Origin: Camelus dromedarius
Taxonomy: Eukaryota
Assembly: GCF_036321535.1 (NCBI RefSeq)
Contig: NC_087436.1
Span: forward strand, 28,646,001-28,710,000
Direction of reading: 5' to 3'
Length of the DNA: 64,000 nucleotides
Each line of letters starts with the position of its first letter. Position 1 is the first letter of the stretch. A model generated the notes under the pieces. The model had not been told where the DNA came from, made no database searches, and saw only the letters and a program-made list of their open reading frames with translations. Shown in pieces: positions 39,390 through 50,824 of this stretch. Position numbers and translations under genes: made by a program.

Positions 39390-39715
39390 TGAAATAAATA
39401 TCTGAGTTCAAAATTTAGTTATAATGATTGCTAGTTATATTATCTTGGGCAAATAAATTGATCATTTTGATGATCTTTAAAATATATTTAATAATACCAA
39501 TCTCACTAAAAGAAATCTCTAGGTAAACACTCTTCTTCCTTAAAGTGGCTTTCCTTTTCCTAGAAAATACAGATTTCATGTTTGTTGCTTTTACGCCATA
39601 TATATATATACATGAAGGTACATAACATATTATTGTTCTTAATGTATTACAGTTATAGTTTAGTGAATGTAACATGGTAGGGGCTCAGTTGTTGAATTAA
39701 TGCTTGCTACTATTC
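39390..39715 (+). mobile_element. Decayed MIR interrupted by a local duplication
   Basis: tctgagttcaaa...atcttgggcaaata...ataataccaatctcac, resuming after the inserted copy of 37960-38048. Confidence 0.45.
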
Positions 39716-39976
39716 CTGCTGTAGTAGAGAACAACTTTAATTGAGCAAGTAACTGAGCAAGTGCATTCTCTTTAATTCCAAGATCTTGTGATTCAAGTTT
39801 TTCCAGTAGCTAGTTTCCTTAAGGTTACACCAGAGACCACATCTAGTTATGAGATAAAGAAAAGCAGGAATAGTCTTGTAAAATGGATAGAAAGGCTATA
39901 GGAAATAGTCCAGTTGGCACCCTTTTAATCCACCCCCAAGTTGAGAGATAATCACTAAGGTTTTTACCCAGTGTTA

Positions 39977-40557
39977 TGAAAGGGATCAGGACATGACAAC
40001 CCAACATATGCTGCCTTGGCATATGGATTGATTATTTTGAACTAAAGGCACTTGAGAAACAGCAGATGCAGGAAGGGCTCTCAAGGCTCCCTTTCGGTCT
40101 CAACACAGGTGATAAAATCTTCTGTGAGAAAGGTGCCCTCCGTATACCAGGAGGAGAATGACATTCTTCACTAGAGCCTGAGCCAATGCCAAAATGGATC
40201 TGTACAAACAACCCTACTGAAATAACCCTCGTCTTCTGTTAGTTTCCTCCATGTCCCTGTATATTCCCGGTCTGTTTCCCACAATTTACTGTCCAAGCCT
40301 AAACCCCTAAGTCTTGTTTACATTTCTTTGTTTAAAAAGTTTATAAGCTCTTGGTCCTTACTGCTTCTTTGGGTCTTCATTTTCCTTCTGAAGATTCCTA
40401 TGTGCATGTTGAATTAAATGCTTTATTTAATTCAATGCTTTAAAGCATTAAATAAAATCTGTATGCTTTTCTCCCATTAATCTGTCTTACATCAGTTTAA
40501 TTCTCAGGCCCAGTGACAAAAACTAAGAAGGTAAAAGGAAGTTTTTCTTTTCCTACA
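39977..40557 (+). mobile_element. MER34-like ERV1 LTR
   Basis: TGAAAGGGATCAGGACATG start, gattattttgaactaaaggcacttgag, AATAAA at about 40451 and a tcctaca end. No TSD (gtta vs tcca). Confidence 0.8.
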
Positions 40558-40599
40558 TCCATTTGCCCTTTATTAGCTCAGGTACCCAGGGGGATTAGG

Positions 40600-41900
40600 T
40601 TGATTAAAAGATGCAACTCAAAAGATTGTTTCAGTGTGCGGAGAGGAAGAGACAGTGGAAACCAAGACATCTTTTCCCGAGAGGTTTTTGGGAGAGTAAA
40701 AGGAGGTCGAGACCTAAGTGCTCAATAATGAAGGAAGCAGTACATAGCATGTAAATGCTACAATACATTGAAAAGAGCAAGAATAAAGAGGCAGCAGGTT
40801 GCCCAGGTTGGGTATAAGCTGAGTCACTGGAACTTGAGATGGTATGTGGAGGACATAGGGTGGGGAAACTTGAAAAACAGGACAAAAAAGAACAAAAAGC
40901 AGTTGCCCAGTTGCCTGCACAAACTCCTAAATAGCAGCAGAAAAACACATGGGAGCCAACTAATGGGAACCACGCTGGCATGCCTTCTTGTTGCCATCGG
41001 CAGTGGGTCTCCCAGTGACAATTACCTGTTCCTGCTTCAAGGCACTACTCAGTTCAATTCCAACCACTCTCTGTGGATACTATCTTCAGTATTTAGGACT
41101 CTTGTAAACCCAGTTTCTCCATTACAAATAAGCAGAATGTGGGGTCTGTGCTTCTTAGGGTTGTAGCAGAAAAGGGAATGTCAAGATTATCAATAATTGG
41201 ATAGGACTGCTGAACACCAGTCTGCATGCTCTTTGGAGTAAAAAAGCAAGGAAATTCTCCAACATTATGTGCATAAATCTTATCTCCCCAAATGTGCTAT
41301 ATAAGAACATTCAGAAGTTAAGGAAGTGATATTTGAATAAGCACTGGAGAGTGTCAGACACCTCACTGGTATGATCAACTGACAGAGCCCATTACTGGGT
41401 GTGACATTGACAGTCAAGAGGCACTACCTCCTCTGTTTTTCTCTCAGTACGGCTGCTACTTGTGCACATCTGATGCGTATGAAAGCATCCAATGAAGTCT
41501 CCATATAGCGACCGACCCATACTATCTTGCAAATGTGTCTGTCTTAAAATGCCAAGGGCTGTAATATTTGCAACATTGTGAGCAAAGTACAAAGCCAACT
41601 ACAGAAAACTGGGTTCCAGTGGTAAAGGAAAAGTAGAGAAGATTCTTAGGCAGTTCTCAGAGTATAGTTCTGCATACTGGGTGGCACTCCCTAGCAGTCG
41701 CTGTAGCAGAGGTGGATGTTTGGAATTTTCCATCATATGCTTTGTGAAAGTATTCTGTGATAAACGAGCAAACAAATCATAAAGAATCACCATCTCTTTG
41801 GTTGTGCTGCAGGCCCTGGAGCATCTTTGATCCCTACGGTCTTAGGCAGAAGAAAGGACTTTACTAGGTGTCAGTGAGATTCAGTTCTCCAGCAAAGGCT
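40600..41900 (+). mobile_element. Internally deleted Ty3/Gypsy pol relic (protease-RT-RNase H)
   Basis: Ordered motifs across frameshifts: IGSGS.VTI (40996, cf. DSG protease), VVAEKGMSRLSI..LLN, CMLFGVK (41223, cf. MPFGLK), EH, GCDIDSQ, QKTGFQW, IVLHT, YSVI (41751), LVVLQALEHL.PY. Confidence 0.65.
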
Positions 41901-41961
41901 GTAACAAACAAAAACTAAATTAAAAAAAAAAAAAACCTATCTGAATAACAAAAAAAAAATA

Positions 41962-42052
41962 TTGTTAACGAACCACATTTGGGTCCTCTTGCCCTCATGC
42001 AGTAAAGCCAATTTTACTGACATTGGGTTGTGGTGAAGAAAAGTGCAGCATG
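41962..42052 (-). mobile_element. Short ERV LTR terminal fragment
   Basis: tgttaacgaacca...cagtaaagccaa...ggttgtggtgaagaaaagtgcagc resembles an ERV1 LTR U5 end in reverse. It is truncated. Confidence 0.55.
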
Positions 42053-42639
42053 TGACAAAACAGGAAAATTGTGACCTGTCATTCCACCACTGACTCAAAA
42101 CCCTTCAATGAAATAAACACTTCTATCTTTCCAGGATACATTGTTCAGTGGAAAGTATAGCTAAAGAACAGTTTTTCAAAGTGTTAGGTAGTACCAATCG
42201 TGCGATTGGTTTCTTCGTGTTCTCTCTAAAGAGTAACCAAAAGGCTGAGTGAATAGTATTTGCCTCTGAGTCATGGAGCTAGAGGACCAGTGGAAGACCT
42301 ACTGGTGTTATTCTCCATCCTGCTTTTAATCCATTTGTAAATTGCATTTGATACTAAATTTTGTATTTTGTAACTTCTTTGTGTATCATGTATCAAACAC
42401 AGCAAAACTGCAAATAAGCAAAAGTTCAAAGGCAGATAAAGTTTTAAAGCAAAGAGAATATGTATCAGGCACAAGTGCTGGCAGTAGTCCTTAATAGGAA
42501 AAAAATACCCTAGGAGCAAATGCTAGTTCTGCTGTTTCCATCACTGATGATATATTCTTAGCAATCTGCTTAAACCCTGAATCTCATTTTCTTTGTCTGA
42601 ATCTTGGGAGCAATAGTATGTAAATCAAAACTTTTGCCA

Positions 42640-42812
42640 GGGAGAGGGTATATAGCTCAGTGGTAGAGCACATGCTTAGCATGCATGAGGTCCTAGGTTC
42701 AATCCCCAGTACCTCTAGTAGAAAATTTTTTTAAATAAAAGAAATAATAAACAAACAAACAAACAAACAAACAAACAAACATAATTATTGTTTCCTCCCC
42801 ACCCAAAAAAGA
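42640..42812 (+). mobile_element. tRNA-Ala(AGC)-derived SINE (camelid-type)
   Basis: A box tagctcagtgg, B box ggttcaatcc, anticodon arm catgc-ttagcat-gcatg, then an A-rich (AAAC)n linker and a cctcccc/A tail. Confidence 0.9.
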
Positions 42813-44684
42813 AATATACTTAAAAGGGTTAATTAAAGACGATGGGAAAAATAGAAAATAAATAGAATTTTTTTTTTGAGGAAGAATTTTTAAAAGATAA
42901 ACTTTGAAAAGTGCTATCAAGCCTAACACTGGCAGACTCTCAGTAAGAAGTGGGTGTTGTTACGTTTTTGTATCCAAACATATTTACAATTAGGAAAGCT
43001 GTCTCACTAAATAACAAAATAAAATAAACAACAAAGAAAAACTCACTGAAGCTAATTATTTATTCTAAGGAATTTCAAATTAAGCTTTTTCTTTCATTCT
43101 ACATAAGACTTATTTGCAGATATTCACTATCAAACAATGAAGAGTTTCAAAAAAGAGCATATCATGGTAAATTCTGTAAATAGGTATCTAAAGAACATGT
43201 AAAATTTGTGATGAACTATATGGTATTTGATTAACTATTCTTTTAGTAATACTTTACGCACTCAAACTCAGAAGGAATTACTGACTACTGTTAGGCAATG
43301 CTATTGAATATTAGCAAATTTTATCTCAGCATCTAGTGAGTAATAAAACAAAGGCTTTCTGCTTATCTCAGATGTAAGGTGAAAAGAGAAATTCAGATGA
43401 TGGATATGAGAATTGTACAATCATAGTTAATAACTATTTTAATCAGTTTATCTAATGAATCAGAAGATTAATGGTAGGATGCTAGAAAGATTATTTTTAA
43501 CTACTTGGATTTGAAGGAAGAAAATTGCTGATTGTTTTATTTACTGCAATTCCGTCTTAATCTATATATGAGCATATGTTTTAAACTTAAGCCTCTTTCT
43601 AATTGAATTAATTCAGATTGTAAAAATTATAAGCAATGTATTTAAAGGATTTTAATAAATTTCATTTTAAATAGATCTTGTTATTGTTATATGTATCACC
43701 TAAAGAGTAGAAAGTCTTGAATTTGAAATATTGAAGTATTTGTTATTTCCTTAATTAGCAAAATAAAATAAGTACATTAAAATACTTGGCAGTCTTTTAG
43801 TGGTCTTGTATTTTGAAGTAGAATAGAACTAAAATTTAATTTAAACATTAGAATATGATGGCATTAGCATAATTAACTTTAATAAAATAATAATTATAGA
43901 GATGGCATATGTTTTGAAAGGGACATTATTAATTTTAATTTTACCAAATTCAATATTTTCCAAGTCTATGCATAATTCATTTATGCAAACTAGATGCATG
44001 ATATTATACAAAAGATTTTTCATTTAAGTATGTGATTGGTAAATGATAATATTCTGCTATTCATTATCTTAGCATATTAGTTTCTAAACATCTTGAAATA
44101 ATTTCCTTCAAATTGCAATTCAAAATTCAATATGCTTCGGGTTATATTTTTGCATTATAATACTACCTAAAGTTTGATGATTTATATGGAAAGCATTAGT
44201 TAATTCTTTCTTCAGAAAATAAATAAATCTTCAGTTTAATGAAAATCACAACTCGAATAATCTGATTTCCATTACTTTTACTCATAGAGGAAATGCTAAA
44301 TCATTTGGAATGTTTTCATTCTTACTTGTTATTGACTAGTTTCTAAGACAAATTGAAGCAGCCAATTTGCTGAATGTAATGACAAATTTGGCTTAGAGAG
44401 TTAAAAATTCAGTAAGAATTCCATGAAGATCCATTTTTCAAATGAAGAATCTTACTGGAGAGAATAGCTTTTATGTTGTTGTGGAAAGAATTTAGCACCT
44501 GATGAAATTGTGGTTAAAGTCTGTTTTTAGTTATCCTACATCTTCCAATTGTCTTGCTCTAAAACATGAAAGAAGATATTTGAAAGTACAAAACTCCTAG
44601 AATATTCTTTGCACATTTTATCAGGATAGGAATGTAAACAGTGAAGTAGAATTATGCTTAGAAGTCGATTTATAAGGGCAATAC

Positions 44685-45307
44685 TGCTGCAGGAAAAACA
44701 GATGTGGGGCAAAAGGAGGGCTGTGTCCCAGGCTTCAGTTGAGCCCCTGGGAGGTGCCTCGCCAAGTGTGGGTCCTTGGCTTCACGCAGGAAAGAATTCA
44801 AGAGTGAGCCACAGTTGAATAAAGGGAGATTTATTCAGAGAGATACATTGAAAGGCAAGAGAAAGGCCACGAGATGTGGGGGTTGGATGCTCAGATTAGA
44901 GTAAAACTAGGTACATGCTCCACAGACAGAGCGCAGGCCGTCTCCAAAGGTTGGGGAGAGAGACAGAGGCAGCAGCCACAAAGCGTCATGTTGCCAGTTT
45001 CTGTGGGCTCAGTGACTTCATATGCTAATAAGTGGAAGGACAAGTCTAACTAGCCTGGGGAAGGGACCAAGATTCCCACGAAGTTGGCCATTTCCCACTC
45101 TTCACCCTTTTGTGGCTAGCCTTGGGACTGTCATGGTGCCTGTGGGCATGTTACTCACCATGCTAATATATTCCAGTAGGCGTATAATGAAGCTCAAGGT
45201 CTACTAGAAGTTAAATCTCCCACCATCCTGAGCCTCAAGGCCTACTGGGGGTTGAATCTTCCACCATTTTGATGTTAACTGCTGTGCCCTGCCCCCTTCC
45301 TGTCTCA
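44685..45307 (-). mobile_element. ERV1-class solo LTR (MER41-like), relatively young
   Basis: TG...CA termini with a perfect 4-bp TSD atac (44681-44684 and 45308-45311). aggaaagaattcaagagtgagcc motif. AATAAA on the minus strand at about 44830. Confidence 0.9.
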
Positions 45308-45859
45308 ATACGTGCATGCCCTCCTGCCTAATATTACCTCGTTGTCTCCCTAATGGATGAATAAATGCTCAGTTTCCTCATCTTTTGCCATAGTTGCCTC
45401 TTTCAGGGAAATTGAGTAGTAATTTTAGGAAGCATCTTAACAGAGTACTGAATTGCTTTCATACGTATCTAACACATAGGAATCATTCAATATTTAAAGA
45501 AAGAAAGAATGAAGAAAGTAACTACAGAACCTCAATATGAGTATTTTTAGCACCTAATGATGACTATAGTGAAATTTAAAAGAATATAGAGTTAGATTTT
45601 CCTTACTTTCTATATTTAACTTAGAGATAAAGATTAATTTAAAAATTGTGCTTAATATCTTGTCGCTTGCATTACCTCATTTTGGCTCCATATATTCCTT
45701 TCACAACATGAGATAATATGGCAGATGTGTAGTTGAAGAGTGTTTCTCCTTTTATAAATCATAAATTTTGTTTAATGCATCAACATTAGCACCATATCTC
45801 TAAAGAAATTGTTGAGGCATAGGAGACATGCAGAGAGACATTCATAGAAAAATCAAGTG

Positions 45860-47620
45860 TTAATTCAACATTTCCTATATTTATTAAATGCCTAATGCAA
45901 TGCAGCTATTATTCTTATCACTGGAAATACAGCAGTTATTAAAATGGACAACAATTTATTTTTTCAGGAAGATTGCATTGAAATAAAGTGGGAAACCAAA
46001 AGTAGAATAGGTGGATTAGCAGACATTGGGTCCTGAACAAAACATATATGGAGATATCTGGTCGATGCCAAACAGTCCTTGATATTCGGTCCTGCCCAAA
46101 ACCATCTGGCATGGACCAAATATGGCCATTGATGTTTTGGATAGGACCTGATTTCAAGGATCTTACGGCATAGACCAAATGTCTTATGGAGGTTTGGACG
46201 GGGCCAAATGTCCCACAAGGGAACAGGTATAATAAACAGTAGGTTAAATGGTGATTGGCACTATGGGAAAAAATAGTAATAAAGGGAAGGGGGACAGAGT
46301 GGCAGCAGAGAGGTGGTTGTGGAAATTTAAATAGGGAGGGCAAAGTAACTGAGAGATAGTGAGACAGCGATGCGTGCAGATAAACTGCAGGGAGGCATTT
46401 TAGACAGAAGAGTAAGAGCAAAGACCACATGGCTTAGATGTGCTTGGCCTGCTCTTGCTTGAGAAACAGCTAGAGAGGCTTGTGAAGAAAATGAAAAGAG
46501 GTTGTGAGCTCTTAGACGGAATGGAAGCTGGACTACATATACCCTTATAAGCTACAGAAGACAATGGGCTCTCACTTAGAGCGATGTGGGGTGTCACTGG
46601 AGAGCCCTGAGGGCCCCTGACCTGCTCTGGTGAATGTCCTTTCAGGACCACTGTGACTGCCTTGCACTGAATACACTGAGGAGGAATTCACAGAAGAGGA
46701 AGGAAGACCTCAGAGATTTTCAACAACCTCAGTGAAAGAAGATGCTTTGTACCAAAGTACCCAGAGGTGATAAGTGTTGAGATAGTAAGATTTACAGGTG
46801 CAGGGAAAAGAAGAGTGGTGAAGGGAATGACCTAAAAATCAGAGGAATAGAGAAAACATTTACCAAGCTAGGGAAGAAAGTGGGAGAAGGAGATTGTTTG
46901 TTTGTTGTAAGAAAGAGAAATCAGGAGTTTGGTTTTGACAGTTGCCATGTGTTTATCCAAGTGACATCCAAGTGAGCAGTTAGCTGAATATATGATTTTT
47001 GAAGTCAGCACAGAGGATCAGCCAAAAATATAAATTTAGGAATGATTAGCAGGCAGATGGTATTTCAATCCAGGACTCTGGAAGAGAATATATATTGGAA
47101 AGATAAGTGGTCCAAGAAGTGAAGCCTTAGTCATACCAGTTGTAAAAGTGGGGAGAAATTTGAGGAGTTGGGGAGAAAATACTTTAGAAGCCTGAGGTGA
47201 AACAGCCAATGACGCACAGGGGGAAAAAATCCTATGTGAAATCAAGTGGAGAAGTTTTTCAAGGGAAGAGAAGAAACACCGTAGTGTCAAACGCTGCTAA
47301 TAATAAGTCAGATAAGAGGAGATCTGAAATCGAATTTAGCAACAGGAAGGTAATTGGTGAACTTGACAATGGAGATTTCAGTGGATTAGTGGCAAAAACC
47401 TGACTGAAATATTTTCATAAGAAACTGGGAGAAGAGTTTGAGACAGAGAGTGGGGAAGGGAAAAAAAAAAGCTTTCAACAGTTTAACTGTAAAGGAAAGG
47501 AGAGAAATGCAGTGATAGCTGAAAGGAAAGGGGGGTCAAGTTGCTGGGGTATTTTGTTTGTTTTTAAGATGGGAGAAAAAAAAATGCCTTCTTTGCATGC
47601 TAATTGGAAAGAGTAGACAA
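45860..47620 (-). mobile_element. Long L2 element
   Basis: Begins with the antisense L2 tail (attcaaca..tatttattaaatgccta) and continues as purine-rich L2 sequence, e.g. tcaggagtttggttttgaca and gtgtcaaacgctgct. Confidence 0.8.
46021..46214. mobile_element. Fold-back/MITE-like palindromic insertion within L2
   Basis: The two halves are reverse-complementary. About 3 forward and 4 reverse copies of a GAYATTTGGTCC-like unit. Possible TSD gaataggt/gaacaggt (46005-46012, 46221-46228). Confidence 0.7.
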
Positions 47621-47797
47621 GGAACACTTGGAGCCTGGCATATTTGTTCAGTTTCTTTGTAAGTTTAGAGACATCTAGGCCAGGGCTTCTCTTGTTCTGG
47701 CCGCGTCAGGACTCCAGGGAGTCCAAAGTCATCGGGGTGTCGCCGCGGCCACCACCGGGTCCCAGGAAGGAGTCCAGGTCTCCCCGGGCAGGTGGAA

Positions 47798-48322
47798 CTG
47801 TGTACTGGACGGTCCTGGGGGCGCCCACAGCAGCGGGCTTCTCATCTCCTCGCTGTCCCTACTGAGCTGGAGGAGGTGTCCCTACCTGCTGGGCTCCCGG
47901 GTCCACCTGTCCTGTCATCCGCAGACGGTGTGGACACCGTGCGTGCTGGCAGTGCCCGGCTGCAGCGCTCGGAGGCCTCGGCTTGGCTCCCCCAGACCTC
48001 TTCCTGAACCGCCTCAGCTCAGCACGCCCAGCTCAGGTCCAGGGAGCTGGGAAGTGAGATAGGCGAGGGCACAAAATGAATAAATCCTCCTCCCATCCTA
48101 GGAGAGACATTCTGAGGTGGATCCTACATGGTTCCCCGACTGTTCCCGAGGAGGACACTGCACCGGCTGTCCACAGCGGTTACATCCATAACTCCCTCCG
48201 GGTTTGTTTTGCCTCCGCTGGCTCCCACTCCCCACTCCTTGAGTCACCGCCCTATAAAGGACCCACACCCAGGCCTTCCTCCTGGCTTTGTTTTGTGTGG
48301 CACCCAAGTTGAACGATGCCCG
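47798..48322 (+). mobile_element. ERVL LTR16-like LTR, preceded by PPT-like sequence and internal remnant
   Basis: gacattctgaggtggatcctacatggttccc...tgtccacagcggttac...cacccaagttgaacg follows the LTR16 consensus as recalled. ggcaggtggaac immediately upstream resembles the ERVL PPT. Confidence 0.6.
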
Positions 48323-49664
48323 AGGATTTTAATCATAACTTTATTTAAAATGGCAAAATTGGAGCCAGCATTTAAAGCAGTGCAGGAATAGTTAAAAATT
48401 GTAGTCTACCATTATGAAATACTAGATAGTTACCAAAATATTTTTGAAGAAAATATAAAATATTCATAAAAGCCAAATCTGGGGATCTACATGTGATTGA
48501 GTTTTATTACATTAATTCTTTTATTAAGAACAGTTTCTTAAGTAATTTATGCCATCTTTATAAACATGAAACTATCATAAATATAAGTTGTGAAGAATAA
48601 AACTATGACCAAAGCATAAAATACAGGAAGAAAATCAGTCGATTTCTTTTCGTTGCCTATAGGCAGATTGCGCAGATGATTTGGTTTTTAACTAGTCCAA
48701 AAGCTAGAGTGAAAAGAATAAACGTATTTTAAGGAATTGGGATGTGGCAAACAATGTGCCAAAAAACTAAACTAATAGCATCTTTTAAAAATTTATACTC
48801 ATTTTTATTCATGCAATTATATGTGTAATGTATACTGACCAAAATGAAATATATCACTGAAAGTCAATACCACACGTTTATAAAAGAGTAGAGTAAGACT
48901 GTCTTTTTCGTGTGACATCCGGGCTTATAGCCTTTTTATGTGCTTAATGCATTGAACAGACATCCACATTTATTTAATCACACTGATATCTTTATACTTT
49001 TTTCCCTTATTTGATGACTAATTTAGAGGTCATCATGAATCTAAATCATTTACACTGTTTCCTGCCATGTTTACTCTCTAGTCCTCTTCTATACCATATA
49101 TCAAAATTAAAGTTTTTATGAGGGTTTTAGCGCATTACTGAAATCATGACATGTTAATAAAAATTATGGCGTTTTATTTTACTATATAAGTGGGTAATCT
49201 CCTACCAACATGTTGCCGGAGAAATCTTTACAGTCTATTATGTTAATAACTCAAGGATATAAAATCCTCGACTGAAAATAATGAACTATAACCCAGAGTA
49301 AATAAATAATAAATCACAGAGAGAGATTTAACCACCTTATTTCAGTCTCCAATAAGGTGTTTTTAAAAAGCAAGAATATTCTGATAGTATTGTCCTCATC
49401 GGATTGTTGTATTTGACTGTATCCTTGAAATTTAGCAGATTATATGGTTAAAACCATAACAGCTCCTTGTAAAATTCATAATGATTCTATAAAGATTTAG
49501 AAATTCTATGACATAATATGAACTTTGGACCTGCTTATACAAACTGTATAATATATAAATATAATTTCCTAAGTAGGCAAAACAATAAATTATGTTGGAA
49601 AAGAAGACTAAAGCATATCACTATAGAACTTCATTAAGGAAATAATTCATTAATTTTTTTTGTT

Positions 49665-50200
49665 GTTATTCTTTTATTCTGCAAAAATGTACTGAATGGC
49701 CTGCATGTGTCAGGGACTGTTCTGGGCACTATTTTACAGCCGTGAACAAAACAAGCTAAAGCTGGTCTTCAATTTAGTGAAAGGAGACAATCTATAATTC
49801 AGAATTTGAGAACTAAATGACATGTTCAAGGGAGACCAATGCTGCAGAGGAAGAAAGGTGAGGTAATGGGATGGGAATCAGGGTGGGAAGAGTAGTACAA
49901 CTTAAATCAGGTGGGAAAGGAAGCCTTCACTAGAGTAATCCTCGAGCAAAGCCAGGAGGGGAGCAAGTCAGCCATGGGGCAGAATGTTTGAAGCAGAGAG
50001 AGTGCAAATGCCCTAAGGTGAGGAGGGAGGTGACTTGGTGTGTTTGAGGATCTTCTCAGAAATGAGTTTTGTGATTTTTGGAGCAGAGTCAGCTAGGGAG
50101 CTGGGGACTACTTTGAAGAAGGAATGACACTTAGCACAGGATTCTGTAGAACACTGCCAGGAGTGCCTGCACTGGACCCTTGGTTCTTACTTCATCAGAG
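49665..50200 (-). mobile_element. L2 3' fragment
   Basis: atgtgtcagggactgttctgggcact...gtgaacaaaaca...gtgcaaatgccctaaggtg. Confidence 0.7.
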
Positions 50201-50824
50201 CCCTAAAGCCACTGTCTCATCCTCTTTTTCCAAAACTGGAGCTTGGAGTCTCTATCACCTAAACAGAATATTCTTCAGGAAGACAAGTCTCTTCTTTTAA
50301 ACTATGTGAACCAAGCAACCGTGATGATACAACCCCATGAACATCCCCAAGGAATGTCAGTATCTATAATTACTTTAAATTTCTTGATCCAAACCATTTG
50401 TCAGCATGTGGAAATTGAGTTTGTCTCTCTACCCAGAAATTTAAAGCATGATTAAATGTAATGCGTTTATATAATTCCAACTCATTTCCATTCATTATAA
50501 TGAAGAAAGAACTTAAACTATTAACTTTTACAATAGCAATCTGAAAACCAGCACAAATTATAAATTTGCTAAACTTTGTTCAATTATTGCGATCCCAGTG
50601 GGAGGTACACATTTAGCATGCTGTGTTAAAAATGGGGAGGAGGAGGCTGACACTACAAATGTGGATTTATTTCATTTGTTAATAATTATTATTCAACATT
50701 TATGTTAATATTTTAAATATACTGAAACTTACATAAATAGCCACTGTATAGCATCTGTCATACATAATACATTATGCAAAGCATTTATATGTGTTACCTC
50801 ATTTTTTAATTGCAATAGTAAATA

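Noticed and set aside
34752..40557. Two same-strand MER34-like LTRs as the ends of one provirus
   Set aside because: The LTRs are clearly different in sequence, share no TSD, and the interval contains older MIR/L2 rather than gag-pol-env.
40560..41960. Processed pseudogene ending in the A-tracts at about 41920-41958
   Set aside because: No recognisable parent protein, no canonical AATAAA or TSD. Ordered pol motifs explain the sequence better.
42644..42718. tRNA-Ala(AGC) gene
   Set aside because: Acceptor and T stems are imperfect, there is an extra TA before the A box, and an A-rich SINE tail follows. It is a SINE head.
46021..46214. CRISPR-like array
   Set aside because: Units are short, degenerate and switch orientation mid-way. 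The context is mammalian with no cas genes.
45939..46430. 163-aa ORF, the longest in the window
   Set aside because: It spans L2 and the palindromic insertion, and has no protein-like features.
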